Assembly: GCA_016200965.1 (NCBI GenBank)
Contig: JACQDT010000001.1
Location: 3,544-67,543, forward strand
Direction of reading: 5' to 3'
Length of the DNA: 64,000 nucleotides
Source: Candidatus Azambacteria bacterium
GTDB taxonomy: Bacteria > Patescibacteriota > Minisyncoccia > GWC2-36-17 > WO2-46-25
Shown here: positions 1-10,551 of the stretch, piece after piece
Layout of the letters: each line of letters starts with the position of its first letter
How positions within the stretch are numbered: the first letter of the stretch is position 1
Notes under the pieces: generated by a model
What the model was told of the DNA's origin: nothing
What the model saw: only the letters and a program-made list of their open reading frames with translations
The model's database searches: none
Program-made: the position numbers and the translations under genes

Positions 1-106
1 GCGTTTCTGCGCTGATGCGCATCGTAGAGACCTTCCCCTTTTCATCAAGAGAAAACGCGGGAAACTCTTTATGGATAGCCTGTATTGTTGCTTGGAGTGT
101 CGGCAT
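1..106 (-). CDS. 5' part of a CDS running off the window (MPTLQATIQAIHKEFPAFSLDEKGKVSTMRISAET...); possibly the Ehr/hydrogenase large subunit
   Basis: ATG at 106, directly after the stop at 108, open to the window edge. Identity is inferred from operon position only. Confidence 0.45.
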   Translation of the reverse strand, partial: MPTLQATIQAIHKEFPAFSLDEKGKVSTMRISAET

Positions 107-107
107 G

Positions 108-1049
108 TTATTTTCTCTTAGCTTTTGTTTTGGTCGTTTTTCGTTTTTTGCTTTGCATTTTTAGTTTCTGGTTGACCCATTCATGGTCGTGCCCGCTCAC
201 ATCCGCCACGCTCAAACCCTGCCGTGCCAGCAGTTTTTCGTTGAATGCGTAATCCTCGCGAAGTAACCGTGCGCCATCGGCAAGTCCCGCACTTTCCAAA
301 TGGTTTTTAAGCGCCAGCAGGTCTTTGGGCAAGCAGAACCCGCCAAAACCCCGGTAGCCGCCGTGCGCGACGTCCAGATGCGAGTCGCCGATGCGGGAGT
401 CCGCCGACATCCCCGCGCGGACGTTTTCATAATCGGCCCCCATGGTATCGGCAAGGCCGGCCAATATGTTCGCAAAATTGATCTTGCGCGCAAAATGCGC
501 GTTGCCGCCGTATTTGATGATCTCCGCTTCCGTCGCCGTGATCATGACTTGTCCGTAGGTGTTCACACCCCACGGCGACATGAACGGCGCCTTGGGCAGG
601 AGCGAAAGCACGGGATGCGCCGCATCGATGCTTTGCGCCGTAAACCCGACTATCTGGCGGTCCGGCTTCATGAAATCTTCCCACGCCTTGCATTCGGTCA
701 AAAACTCGGGATTGAACAAGACCTTATGTCGGGGATATTTTTTCTGGAAATGCTCCGTAGTCCCCGGCGGTACGGTCGATTTCAAAACGACGATCTTTTC
801 GCCTTGTATGCCCGCGAACGCGTGTTCCACCGCAGAAAGATCCGCGGAGCCGTCTGTGCCTCCGGGCGTGGGCACCGAAATGAAAATGATATCCGCTTTA
901 TTGATGTCGTCGCCGTATCCTTTTTTCTGATCGATGTCGAACAGGTGTAGTTGCTTTCCCCTGACGTATCCTTTTTCTTCGAAATAACGCTTCAGCGGCG
1001 TGCCGACCATACCGATGCCGATGATCCCGATGGTGTGTTTGTCATTCAT
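108..1049 (-). CDS. UDP-glucose/GDP-mannose dehydrogenase family protein, short form lacking the C-terminal domain
   Basis: GIGMVG Rossmann motif, KSTVPPGT, FNPEFL, AEIIKY, GFGGFCLPKD catalytic Cys motif. Confidence 0.88.
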   Translation of the reverse strand: MNDKHTIGIIGIGMVGTPLKRYFEEKGYVRGKQLHLFDIDQKKGYGDDINKADIIFISVPTPGGTDGSADLSAVEHAFAGIQGEKIVVLKSTVPPGTTEHFQKKYPRHKVLFNPEFLTECKAWEDFMKPDRQIVGFTAQSIDAAHPVLSLLPKAPFMSPWGVNTYGQVMITATEAEIIKYGGNAHFARKINFANILAGLADTMGADYENVRAGMSADSRIGDSHLDVAHGGYRGFGGFCLPKDLLALKNHLESAGLADGARLLREDYAFNEKLLARQGLSVADVSGHDHEWVNQKLKMQSKKRKTTKTKAKRK

Positions 1050-1059
1050 GAACGATGCA

Positions 1060-2523
1060 TTATTGTAATATATTCCTGATCTGTTCGAGTAATGTGGAAA
1101 ACTCGCCGGGCAAAAATATGCCTAGTCCGACAATCACGGCGAGATTGAAAAAAATTGGCGCCACCATGAAACGATTCACTTCCCCGGGCTTTGTGCCTTC
1201 AGGCGGATCGCCAAACAACATGCGGTTCACATGATAGAAAAAACCGGCAAATACCACGACAAAAAGAAGTAATACAGATGCTGCGATCCATGCGTATGCG
1301 CCCGCAAATCCGCCGGCAAGAATTAAAAGCTCGCTGAAAAATATTGAAAACGGCGGCAAACCTACAATCGCCACAAGTCCGAAAATAAAGAGAAGTGAGG
1401 TAACTGGAATAATCCTGATCATCCCGCTCACTCGTGCAATGGCGCCGGTATGATATTTTAAAAGGATATTGCCGGCCGTGAAAAAAAGCATGGATTTAGT
1501 CATAGCGTGATTGAACACATGCCAGAGCGCGCCCAGCACCGAGAGAGGATGTCCGAATCCGATGCCGAGCGTGATAATCCCCATATGCTCAATGCTTGAA
1601 TATGCGAACAGACGCTTGTACTTGCGTGCTACAAGAATAATGAAACTCGCAATAAAAATCGATATGAATCCGAAAATAACAAACAGCGTATTCGTGAAAT
1701 GCTGGTTGCCGAGCGCATCATCCGTGATCACCTTAAATCGTAAAATGCTATACAATGCAACGTTCAGTAAAACACCGGACATCAGCGCCGAAATAGGCGT
1801 CGGTGCGCGGCCATGAGCGTCAGGAAGCCACGTATGAAAGGGAGCTAAACCGACCTTTGTTCCATAACCGACAAAAATAAAAATAAAGGCAATTTTAATC
1901 AATTCGGGATCTAAATGAGATGAGATCCCCAAAACCAACGAAGACCATAGTAATACATCGGAGACATTCGCTCCGGTCCTCAATGAAGCATAATACACCA
2001 AGATAGTCCCAAAGAGCGCAAGCGTAATGCCGACTGTGCAAATAATGAGATACTTCCACGCCGCCTCGATCGTTTTTTCGTTATTATAAAAACTAATGAG
2101 AAAAGCGGTCGCGAGCGTCGTGCCTTCTATGGCAACCCACATCACCGCAAGATTGTTAGAAAGCAGAGCGAGCAACATCGTGCAGATGAAAAGCTGGGTG
2201 AGCGCGTAATATTGCCGGACGCGACGCATACCGATAATACCGCTTTTGAACTCCTCGCCGATATAACCGACGGAATACAAAATCGCAATAAAGGCGACCA
2301 AACTTACTATACCGACAAGATATGCCGACAGGGCGTCCGCCATGAGCATTTTCCCCGGAGAAAATATCGCCCCCCCATGTTCAACCTGTGTCAACAACAC
2401 GAATGAAAGCAGAGTGACGATGCCTTGCGCAATCACATTGGACACCTCTATATTCCTTTTATTTTTCAAAAGGAACGAGGCAATCGCGGTAAGAAAAGGG
2501 ATAATAAGGATGGTAGATAACAT
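1060..2523 (-). CDS. hyfF: Hydrogenase-4/Ehr antiporter-like membrane subunit (HyfF-like)
   Basis: Multi-TM; EAAWKY, GYGTKVGLAPFHTWLPDAH, KRLFAYSSIEHMG. Confidence 0.88.
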   Translation of the reverse strand: MLSTILIIPFLTAIASFLLKNKRNIEVSNVIAQGIVTLLSFVLLTQVEHGGAIFSPGKMLMADALSAYLVGIVSLVAFIAILYSVGYIGEEFKSGIIGMRRVRQYYALTQLFICTMLLALLSNNLAVMWVAIEGTTLATAFLISFYNNEKTIEAAWKYLIICTVGITLALFGTILVYYASLRTGANVSDVLLWSSLVLGISSHLDPELIKIAFIFIFVGYGTKVGLAPFHTWLPDAHGRAPTPISALMSGVLLNVALYSILRFKVITDDALGNQHFTNTLFVIFGFISIFIASFIILVARKYKRLFAYSSIEHMGIITLGIGFGHPLSVLGALWHVFNHAMTKSMLFFTAGNILLKYHTGAIARVSGMIRIIPVTSLLFIFGLVAIVGLPPFSIFFSELLILAGGFAGAYAWIAASVLLLFVVVFAGFFYHVNRMLFGDPPEGTKPGEVNRFMVAPIFFNLAVIVGLGIFLPGEFSTLLEQIRNILQ

Positions 2524-2524
2524 A

Positions 2525-3196
2525 TTATTCTTTATTTTCCTGAAGCTGGCTTACGTTAATATGATGGAACGTTTGATTAATCTTGAAAAGAAAAATACCC
2601 ATAATCAGAAGCGCAACCAGTACGTCGAACGAGATACTCACTTCAATGAAAAACGGGATGCCAAATGTCGTGATGCTTGCCAGAAAAAAAAGACTGTTTT
2701 CCATGAACAAAAATCCGAGCATTTGTGTAAGCGCTTTCGTGCGGGAAATCATGATAAAAAATCCGATGAGCATCATCGCAAGCGCCATGGTAAGCGCTGC
2801 CTGAGAAAACGGCGCACCGGTCGGGAATACGCGATGCGTTATATAAAACGAGAATACGGTAAGCGCTCCCGCGATCAAAAGAGAACTGGAGGTATTGATA
2901 TAAAATTGCACCTCCCGGTTGACCTTGATCTCTTTGATAAGCCAAAAAAGCATCCCCGGTATCAAACCGACCTTTAACATCAGCGTAAGCAAAAAACCGA
3001 TGTACAGATGCGGCTCATGCATCCCAAAAGCGACAACCGCCATTACCAAACTCAGAAAAAACGAATGGATAATAAATAAATTAATGCAGGCATGCATCCC
3101 TTTTTGGGTCAACACAAGCAATGAGCTCACCAGCATAATGCCGGCGAGAATATTGACAATATGCGCGATGGAGGGGAAAAGAATGTTTGTTTCCAT
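2525..3196 (-). CDS. hyfE: Hydrogenase-4/Ehr membrane subunit (HyfE-like)
   Basis: Hydrophobic, GFLFMEN and FDVLV motifs, lies between hyfC and hyfF. Confidence 0.8.
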   Translation of the reverse strand: METNILFPSIAHIVNILAGIMLVSSLLVLTQKGMHACINLFIIHSFFLSLVMAVVAFGMHEPHLYIGFLLTLMLKVGLIPGMLFWLIKEIKVNREVQFYINTSSSLLIAGALTVFSFYITHRVFPTGAPFSQAALTMALAMMLIGFFIMISRTKALTQMLGFLFMENSLFFLASITTFGIPFFIEVSISFDVLVALLIMGIFLFKINQTFHHINVSQLQENKE

Positions 3197-3201
3197 AGAT
3201 A

Positions 3202-4158
3202 TTACACGAAAAAGCTTGAAATAAGCGCGATAAGCGCAAGCACGAAAGCGATGCCAAGAAAATCAGGCAAACGGAAAAGACGCAGCTTCGCGATGCTGTT
3301 TTCAATGAAAGCGATTACGCATACTGCGATAGAAACCTTGACCACAAGAAGAAATATCGCAAGCATGGCGGACGAAAACGTAAATTCCGCCATCAACCCG
3401 AACGGGAAAAAAATATTCACCAAAAGAACGAGAAAGATGGTCAGTTTGAGCGCCGCCGCCCATTCAATAAGCGCGAGCTGACGCCCGGAATATTCTAAAA
3501 TCATCGCTTCATGTACCATGGTCAGTTCAAGATGCGTTGCCGGATTGTCCACCGGTATGCGTTTATTTTCGGCAAGCAACACGATAAAAAACGCAGCAAA
3601 GGCAAATATATTACTAAGAAGGAAAAGGGAGCCCGGTTCGGCGAGCCCGTGTGAAATGATATTGCTTAAATTCGTCGATCCGCCTGCGCGCGCAACGGCA
3701 AAAATGGCAAGCATCATTGCCGGCTCGGAAAGCGAGTATATCATCACTTCCCTGCTTGACCCCATGCCTCCGAACGCCGATCCCGCATCAAGCCCCGCAA
3801 GCACCATAAAAAATGTTGCAAGCGCAAAAAGATAAATGATTAAAATAATATCGGCGGCGCTTCCAAGGGGCGAGAAGCTGAAAAGTACCGGAACAAAAAG
3901 CGCAACGCCCGCCGCCGCGCCGAAAATGATCCATGGCGCGATGCGAAATATAAATGACGTGTGTTCCGATATCACGGATTCCTTCCGGAAAAGCTTGAAT
4001 GCGTCGTAATACCCCTGCAAGAGCGGCGGACCGACCCTGTTTTGAAGGCGCGCCTTGATTTTCTTGATGGTCATACGCACCAGCGGAGCCGCGGCGATGA
4101 GCATGCCCGCCTGGAAAAAAACGATGCCCGCATATGAAAAAAGTATCGTGGTATCCAT
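3202..4158 (-). CDS. hyfC: NuoH/HyfC/HycD-like membrane subunit
   Basis: ARLQNRVGPP, GGMGSSRE, RIPVDNPATHLELTMVHEAMILEYSG. Confidence 0.9.
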   Translation of the reverse strand: MDTTILFSYAGIVFFQAGMLIAAAPLVRMTIKKIKARLQNRVGPPLLQGYYDAFKLFRKESVISEHTSFIFRIAPWIIFGAAAGVALFVPVLFSFSPLGSAADIILIIYLFALATFFMVLAGLDAGSAFGGMGSSREVMIYSLSEPAMMLAIFAVARAGGSTNLSNIISHGLAEPGSLFLLSNIFAFAAFFIVLLAENKRIPVDNPATHLELTMVHEAMILEYSGRQLALIEWAAALKLTIFLVLLVNIFFPFGLMAEFTFSSAMLAIFLLVVKVSIAVCVIAFIENSIAKLRLFRLPDFLGIAFVLALIALISSFFV

Positions 4159-4164
4159 AACGAT

Positions 4165-6180
4165 CTATACAAAAACAAAAAGCAACACTAACAGAGCGAT
4201 AAAGATATAGCTCAAATACACATTAATGTTGCCGCCCTGTATTTTTCTCATACTATTGCCCAAGGCAATCATCGCGTTGATAAACGGTTCATAGAGATAC
4301 CGCTCAAAAAGCGGCTCTATTTTTTCTTCGTAGCGCACCGCGGTTACTAAATACTGCGAGCCCTTCAATGTTTCGCGTTCAATGTTGTGCGTGGGGCGAT
4401 ACAAGCCGGAAAAGATGAGTTTAAATGGCATTGCAAAACTGCTTGCGGTATATTCCATCTTTGATTCTACAACCCGACCGCACGCCCAAGTGGGCGCCGA
4501 GCGCTTTCTATGCCTACCCCATATCATAAACATCAACAGCATGCCTGTGGCGATTATGCCGCCGACAAGCGCGATGACCGTAAAAGGAGAAATACGAGTT
4601 GGAAAGGACTGTGCCGGCATAATTGAAAACCAACTTGATACAATGGGATGCCCGAGATGAAGCCCTTCAACGATCGGCATAAACAGCGAAAAACCGATTC
4701 CCGGAATCACTCCCAACGCCACGCACGCGCACGCAAGAAATGCCATGCTTACCACCATGGGCTTACCGGCCTCATGCGCCTCCGAGGCTTCTTTGCTTCG
4801 CGGGAGCGCACAAAACACAATACCATATACCTTCGCAAAACACGCAAGCGCAAGCGCTCCGGTCAGCGCGAGAAGCGCCACAGAGATGCTCACCCCTATT
4901 TTAACCGCAATACTGTCGATCATGAGATTATAAAAAAGCCCTTGGAACACAAGCCATTCGGACACAAAACCATTCAACGGCGGGAGACCGGAAATCGCCA
5001 TCGCGCCGATAAGGAAAAAAACGGCAGTAAAAGGCATATATCTCGCCAGTCCGCCCATTCGTTCCATGTCATTACTGCGCATTATTTTTTGAACCGATCC
5101 GGCGCCTAAAAAGAGCAGGGTCTTGAATATGCTGTGGTTAAGCACATGGTAGAGCGCGGCGATAAGCCCAAGTCCAACAAACGTATATAGACCAAAGGCC
5201 TGAAAAAGGAGCGCCGAACCGATACCGATTAAAATAATCCCTATGTTCTCCACGCTATGATACGCTAAAAGACGCTTAAGATTATGTTCCATGAGCGCGT
5301 ACAACACGCCCATGATGGCGGACACGACTCCCACCGCAAGCACGAGCACCCCCCACCACCATACGGTGTGCGCGCCCAACAGATCGAACGCAAACCGCAC
5401 GATGCCGTATATCGCGATTTTAATCATCGTGCCCGACATAAGCGCGGAGATATGCGTTGGAGCCGCGGGGTGCGCCTCCGGGAGCCAAATGTGGTGCGGT
5501 ACCACTCCTGCCTTCGTGCTGAAACCGATGAACGCAAGTATGAAAATAAGGTTCTGTAGCCAAGGGAACATCCCGCCGCTTTGCAGGCGGAAATCGGAAA
5601 ACTGGAACGATCCTGTTTCTCTGAATAAAAGAAGAAACGCTATCACTAAAAGCGCCGTGCCAAAATGCGTCATTACCGCATACAAAAATCCTGCCCGCAA
5701 TGAACTTTCCTTTTTATACTCGTATGTAACTAAAAAGTAGGATACCACCGACATCAATTCCCATGCCGCAAGGAATACGATCATGTTATCGGCCGCCACC
5801 ACCAGCACCATGGAACAAATGAATGTATTATAAAGAAATCCTAATAAACCCATTGGATATGTCTTCTCATATTGAGATACATATTCAACCGCATATAAGG
5901 AAACTACAAAACCCGTGCCGCATACCAATAAAATAAAAAATGCACTGAGCGCATCCACAGAAAATACTACCGATGCAATTGAAAAAAGATGCCAGGATGA
6001 AAACTGGAACGTCTGATGAGATGCAAAAACAGAAAGCGCGAAAAGAATACCCGTCAGCGAGGCGCACATCGCTATAGTATGAGCGGCTATTTTGGCAATA
6101 TGGGGCGTGCGCCAAAATACGAAGCCCGAAAGCGCTCCCAGTAAAAACAAAAAAAGTGTGGCAAAAAAAAGAATGCCCAT
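4165..6180 (-). CDS. hyfB: HyfB/HycC-like antiporter-type membrane subunit
   Basis: WELMS, KAGVVPHHIWLPEAHPAAP, KRLLAYHSVENIG, PPLNGFVSEW, WACG. Confidence 0.9.
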   Translation of the reverse strand: MGILFFATLFLFLLGALSGFVFWRTPHIAKIAAHTIAMCASLTGILFALSVFASHQTFQFSSWHLFSIASVVFSVDALSAFFILLVCGTGFVVSLYAVEYVSQYEKTYPMGLLGFLYNTFICSMVLVVAADNMIVFLAAWELMSVVSYFLVTYEYKKESSLRAGFLYAVMTHFGTALLVIAFLLLFRETGSFQFSDFRLQSGGMFPWLQNLIFILAFIGFSTKAGVVPHHIWLPEAHPAAPTHISALMSGTMIKIAIYGIVRFAFDLLGAHTVWWWGVLVLAVGVVSAIMGVLYALMEHNLKRLLAYHSVENIGIILIGIGSALLFQAFGLYTFVGLGLIAALYHVLNHSIFKTLLFLGAGSVQKIMRSNDMERMGGLARYMPFTAVFFLIGAMAISGLPPLNGFVSEWLVFQGLFYNLMIDSIAVKIGVSISVALLALTGALALACFAKVYGIVFCALPRSKEASEAHEAGKPMVVSMAFLACACVALGVIPGIGFSLFMPIVEGLHLGHPIVSSWFSIMPAQSFPTRISPFTVIALVGGIIATGMLLMFMIWGRHRKRSAPTWACGRVVESKMEYTASSFAMPFKLIFSGLYRPTHNIERETLKGSQYLVTAVRYEEKIEPLFERYLYEPFINAMIALGNSMRKIQGGNINVYLSYIFIALLVLLFVFV

Positions 6181-6195
6181 GATATATCCCGCGTG

Positions 6196-6738
6196 TTACG
6201 CTGTTCCTTGATTATTTTTTGATTCAAGCGCGTGCAAAATGCCGGCAAGGATTGCCCGCGGTGTCGGTGGACAACCGCGGATATACACATCTACTGGAAT
6301 CACTTTATCCACTCCGTCCAGCGTCGCATAACTTCCCTTGTAGATGCCCCCATCGCACGCGCAAGAGCCGCATGCAATAACTATTTTCGGATCGGGCGTC
6401 GCTTCGTATGTCCTGAGCACCGCGTCTTTAAGCGCGCGCGTGACCGGCCCGGTGACCAACAACGCATCCGCATGACGCGGAGAAGCAACAATGGAAATTC
6501 CGAATCGCTCCATATCATAATAGGCATTGGCTAGCGCATTGATCTCTATCTCGCACGCATTGCACGATCCCGCACTCACTTGCCGTATTGCAAGCGATCT
6601 TCCAAAAAGTTTTTTGATATGCGCATTCAATTTCTTTCCTATTATCTGAACATCCTCCGGCTGAAATAGCTTCGTGATCTTTTCAGTTTTCAGAGTTATG
6701 GCCCCTGTTTTAATAATTTTTCGGTACAAATCAAGCAT
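6196..6738 (-). CDS. NuoB/HyfI/EhrS-like Fe-S small subunit
   Basis: GSCNACE, SPRHAD, GSCA, GCPP: four Cys ligands for a [4Fe-4S] cluster. Confidence 0.9.
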   Translation of the reverse strand: MLDLYRKIIKTGAITLKTEKITKLFQPEDVQIIGKKLNAHIKKLFGRSLAIRQVSAGSCNACEIEINALANAYYDMERFGISIVASPRHADALLVTGPVTRALKDAVLRTYEATPDPKIVIACGSCACDGGIYKGSYATLDGVDKVIPVDVYIRGCPPTPRAILAGILHALESKNNQGTA

Positions 6739-6840
6739 ATTTTAGAAAACGAATATCCGCATAAAAATGCGGAACGTATTGAATATATCACGAAGTATGT
6801 ATCCTACTCCTGCTGGAATTTGAAAGTCAAGCCAAAATAG

Positions 6841-6869
6841 TGGACAATTCTGAATGTATGCGCTATAAT
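6841..6869 (+). promoter_or_regulatory. Sigma70 promoter for rpmE-prfA, probably leaderless
   Basis: TGGACA-17bp-TATAAT, ATG 7 nt downstream at 6877. Confidence 0.6.
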
Positions 6870-6876
6870 GGAAAAC

Positions 6877-7110
6877 ATGAAAAAAGACATTCATCCCCAG
6901 TATTTTCAGGCCGCGGTAACGTGTGCCTGCGGCAACACGTTCAAAACCGGCTCCACGATGAGCGAAATCAACGTGGAAATTTGCAGCAACTGCCATCCGT
7001 TTTACACCGGCAAACAGAAGCTCGTCGACACCACCGGTCGCGTGGAGAAATTCAATAAAAGAGTCGCCGCACGCGCCGCGAAAAACGCACCAAAGACCAA
7101 AAAGAAGTGA
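6877..7110 (+). CDS. rpmE: 50S ribosomal protein L31
   Basis: [25 protein letters not shown]. Confidence 0.97.
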   Translation: MKKDIHPQYFQAAVTCACGNTFKTGSTMSEINVEICSNCHPFYTGKQKLVDTTGRVEKFNKRVAARAAKNAPKTKKK

Positions 7111-8156
7111 ATGAGCGACTTGAAGCCCTGAAAATCGAGCATCGCGATATCGGCCAACAGCTCACCGTGCGTGAAGCTGTTTTTGATTTGAAAGCCCAGC
7201 GCACGCTTGCCAAGCGCCACGCTGAACTGGGAGAGATCATAGAAAAATACGAACGGCTTGAAAACATAAAAAAAGAAATTGCCGATAATGAAGACATTTT
7301 AAAAACCGAAAAAGACGCGGCAATGATCGCGCTTGCGCAGGAAGAACTGGCAAGAAACCATAAAAAGGAAGCAACCATTGAAGAAGAGATCGCTGACTTT
7401 CTCTCTCCGAGCACCCACGGCACATACAAGCATGCCATCGTGGAAATCAGAGCGGGTACGGGCGGAGAGGAAGCGGCGTTATTCGCGGCGCAATTGTACC
7501 GTATGTACACCAGATACGCGCATAATCGCGGATGGAAAGCGGCGCTCATCGACTCCAGCCAGACCCCTCTGGGAGGATTCAAGGAAGTGGTCTTTGAACT
7601 TTCCGGAGCGCGGGTATACGCCGACATGCGCTTTGAAAGTGGCGTGCACCGCGTCCAGCGGATACCGGAAACGGAAAAACAGGGGCGTATCCATACGTCC
7701 ACCGTTTCGGTCGCCGTCCTGCCGGAAGTCGAGGAAAGCGAAATAACCATAAACCCGTCTGATTTACGAGTGGAAACCTACCGCGCCGGCGGCCCGGGCG
7801 GCCAAAATGTCAATAAAGTAGAAACGGCGGTCAGGGTCATTCACATTCCTACCGGCACCGTAGTCGCCTCCCAAGAAGAGCGCTCCCAGGCGCGCAACCG
7901 AGAAAAGGCCCTCCAGATCCTTCAATCAAAGCTCATACAGGCACAGGAAGAAAAAGCGCAAAAAGAACAAGGGCAGATGCGCAAAGAGCAGATCGGCACG
8001 GGAGACCGCTCAGAAAAAATCAGAACATATAATTACCCTCAGGACCGGGTGACGGATCACCGCATCAAGAAAAGCTGGTACAATATTCCGAGCATCATCG
8101 AAGGAAATATGGGAGAAATAATCGAGGAGCTGAAAAAACAAATAGCGGATAGCTAA
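7107..8156 (+). CDS. prfA: Peptide chain release factor 1
   Basis: PET specificity motif (VQRIPETE), GGQ motif, follows rpmE. Confidence 0.93.
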   Translation: MNERLEALKIEHRDIGQQLTVREAVFDLKAQRTLAKRHAELGEIIEKYERLENIKKEIADNEDILKTEKDAAMIALAQEELARNHKKEATIEEEIADFLSPSTHGTYKHAIVEIRAGTGGEEAALFAAQLYRMYTRYAHNRGWKAALIDSSQTPLGGFKEVVFELSGARVYADMRFESGVHRVQRIPETEKQGRIHTSTVSVAVLPEVEESEITINPSDLRVETYRAGGPGGQNVNKVETAVRVIHIPTGTVVASQEERSQARNREKALQILQSKLIQAQEEKAQKEQGQMRKEQIGTGDRSEKIRTYNYPQDRVTDHRIKKSWYNIPSIIEGNMGEIIEELKKQIADS

Positions 8157-8171
8157 TGGTAAATGGCAGTA

Positions 8172-9527
8172 TTATAAGCTATTCGCTCCGCCTGAACGCG
8201 CTCCTATTCCTTCAAGCACGTCGATCTGCCCTTGATAATATTCCGCCCAGTCCATCACATTGTTAGCATAGATCTGGGAAACCCTTTTTTTATAATTGCC
8301 TCCGCCGAGATATTTTGCGGCGGCGGTGTGTTCGTCTTTATATGCATGGCTTCCCGCGCCGTTGCCAACAAGCTTCAGGCCGGAAGCGATAAACGCATCC
8401 TCGATGCTCCATGGCGAAGGAGGATTATGCCCGGTCAGCGCCGCGACCTGATGTTCATACGCCGACCATGTGGACGGGATGAATTGCGCCGCCCCCATCG
8501 CGCCGCCCCATCCGTAATACGGGTGCTTGGATACTGGCATAGTATCGGGATCAAGACCGAGTTTCTGTGTGAGTTGTAAAAATATCGGGCGCTCCGCCGG
8601 CTTCATGTCTTTGCGCCATGATCCCCCGCCGACATAGGTGCCAAGCCGCGATTCCACCTGGAATATGGCGAGCAGAAAAGCAGGCCGCACGCCTGTTTTC
8701 TGGCCCGTAAATAATGCTTTCTCTATCGCCTCCCCAAGCGACATGGACACCCCGACGCTTTCCAAAGTGAAAAGCTGTTGGCGTATCATCACTGCATCTT
8801 TCTTTGATTTCTTCAATCCCTCCTGAAAGAGTTTTTCCTGACCTTTTGTTTGTTCAAGGAGGGTTGATTTTTCGCTTTGCTTCTTTTCAAGCGTTTGCTT
8901 CTGCAGAGTGGAGAGATTTTTCAGCCGCACCATGTCATCCTTTTTATCTTCAAGATCGGACCGATCACTTTCAAGATCTTTTCTTATGTCATCTATGTGC
9001 ATGATGAATTCATTCACGTCGCGCTGAATATTTTGAAGGCCGCGCACATGATTGAAGAGATCGGAGAGATTCCCTCCGAAAAACAATGCGCCAACCCAAT
9101 TCACGCCGTCATACTTGTTGAGCTCCTGTAATGAAGCCGCGAGGAGCATTTTCTTTTCTTTCAGCTTATTTTCCAGTCCGCCTATCTCTCCGTTCTTTTC
9201 CTTGATTTCCTGCGCGATTTCGCGCAAATTCAGATCAATCTCTCTGATCTGAAGCTTCTGCTTTTCCATTTCTTTATTCAAAATGCTGATTTCCCGCGTA
9301 AGCGATTTCTGATCCGCTTTCGCCCCTTCAATGCCGTTTTCAAGCTCGGTTATCTGATTCTGCACGTCTTGCAGTTGATTTCTCAGCTCTTCTTTCGTAA
9401 TCGCGGCATCACCGATCTGCGCGCGCGCAGAAACAGCGGGCAACGCCGCCGCATACGCAAAAAAAATAAAAACAAAAACAAAAAGCCCTTCGCACAGCAC
9501 GACAAGGACTTTTTGAGACAGGTTCAT
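8172..9527 (-). CDS. Coiled-coil protein with C-terminal lytic transglycosylase (SLT_2/MltB-like) domain
   Basis: Signal anchor, long coiled coil, VESRLG and GGAMGAAQFIPSTW motifs. Confidence 0.8.
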   Translation of the reverse strand: MNLSQKVLVVLCEGLFVFVFIFFAYAAALPAVSARAQIGDAAITKEELRNQLQDVQNQITELENGIEGAKADQKSLTREISILNKEMEKQKLQIREIDLNLREIAQEIKEKNGEIGGLENKLKEKKMLLAASLQELNKYDGVNWVGALFFGGNLSDLFNHVRGLQNIQRDVNEFIMHIDDIRKDLESDRSDLEDKKDDMVRLKNLSTLQKQTLEKKQSEKSTLLEQTKGQEKLFQEGLKKSKKDAVMIRQQLFTLESVGVSMSLGEAIEKALFTGQKTGVRPAFLLAIFQVESRLGTYVGGGSWRKDMKPAERPIFLQLTQKLGLDPDTMPVSKHPYYGWGGAMGAAQFIPSTWSAYEHQVAALTGHNPPSPWSIEDAFIASGLKLVGNGAGSHAYKDEHTAAAKYLGGGNYKKRVSQIYANNVMDWAEYYQGQIDVLEGIGARSGGANSL

Positions 9528-10228
9528 TATTTCTCCGGCTTCTTTTCTGACTTCTTTTCCGGCTCTTTTTCCGCCGCTTTGGCCACATCGCGTTCTTTCT
9601 TCTTTTCCTCGGTTTCCACCTTCACTTCATCCACCTTCATCACTACTTCCTGTTTGCGCGATTCCAGCTCTGCTTCCATGCGCGGCGGCATCGCTTTGGC
9701 GATGATTTCTTTCGGGTCGCCGAACACCTTCACGCCGTGCGGGATCTTCAGATCCCCGAGCACAATCGTATCGCTGAATGTTTTAAGCGACGAAATATCA
9801 ACTACAACCTCGCGCGGCAGATCTTTGGGTAGCGCTTCAACCTCAATTTTATGCACGTTCCTGACCAGCACTCCGCCAGACGATTTCACCGCTTCGGATT
9901 CTCCGTGAAACACCAACGGAATATGCGTCTTGATTTTCTGATCTTTTTTCACTTCGTAAAAATCAACGTGAGTGATATCACCCTTCAACGGGTCAAGCGA
10001 GACGTCATGGATCAGCACGCTCCTCTGGCCGTCTTCCCCGTTAATATGCAAATCAAGCAGGGTGGTTTCCCCGGCCGATTTATACGCCTTGGCGAACGTT
10101 TTCCCGTCAAGTTTCAAACTGACGTTTTTTATGTTATGGCCGTATAGTACCGCCGGAATGTTTCCCGCTTTTCGGACATGATTCGCTTTTTCAGCGGATG
10201 TTCTGGTATGCGCGATGAGTTTTGTCAT
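9527..10228 (-). CDS. rplY: 50S ribosomal protein L25 (CTC type)
   Basis: IPAVLYG, HVDFY, GESEAVK-GG motifs. Confidence 0.93.
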   Translation of the reverse strand: MTKLIAHTRTSAEKANHVRKAGNIPAVLYGHNIKNVSLKLDGKTFAKAYKSAGETTLLDLHINGEDGQRSVLIHDVSLDPLKGDITHVDFYEVKKDQKIKTHIPLVFHGESEAVKSSGGVLVRNVHKIEVEALPKDLPREVVVDISSLKTFSDTIVLGDLKIPHGVKVFGDPKEIIAKAMPPRMEAELESRKQEVVMKVDEVKVETEEKKKERDVAKAAEKEPEKKSEKKPEK

Positions 10229-10241
10229 ATGCGGTTATTCG

Positions 10242-10541
10242 TTATTTGTTTTCCAAAAAGGCGTGGATGTCAAGCACATCATCATGCGTAAGCGCCGCTT
10301 TGCGCTTGACCATTTCAAGATCCTTTTCCTGGATATCCGTCAAGACGCCTACCGTGGTCACCATCCCGCCTTCAAGCGAAGATACGGTGAACATAAGCGA
10401 ACTGAGGCATGAAACGCATGTCACACAGCATAATGCGTATGCATCGTTTTTGTCAATGATTGCAAGCCCTTCGTCCCGCAGTTTTTTGCGGCATACGGGA
10501 CATACTCCCAAAAACACGGTGTGTGCGCTTTTACGCTTCAT
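10242..10541 (-). CDS. Small hypothetical Zn-ribbon-like protein
   Basis: CPVC...CVSC pairs; operonic spacing. Confidence 0.6.
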   Translation of the reverse strand: MKRKSAHTVFLGVCPVCRKKLRDEGLAIIDKNDAYALCCVTCVSCLSSLMFTVSSLEGGMVTTVGVLTDIQEKDLEMVKRKAALTHDDVLDIHAFLENK

Positions 10542-10551
10542 ATGGGCCTGT

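Noticed and set aside
6742-6996. This and many other antisense or overlapping ORFs in the track (e.g. 10222-11085, 58634-59482)
   Set aside because: They are shadows of well-supported genes on the opposite strand and show no recognisable motifs.
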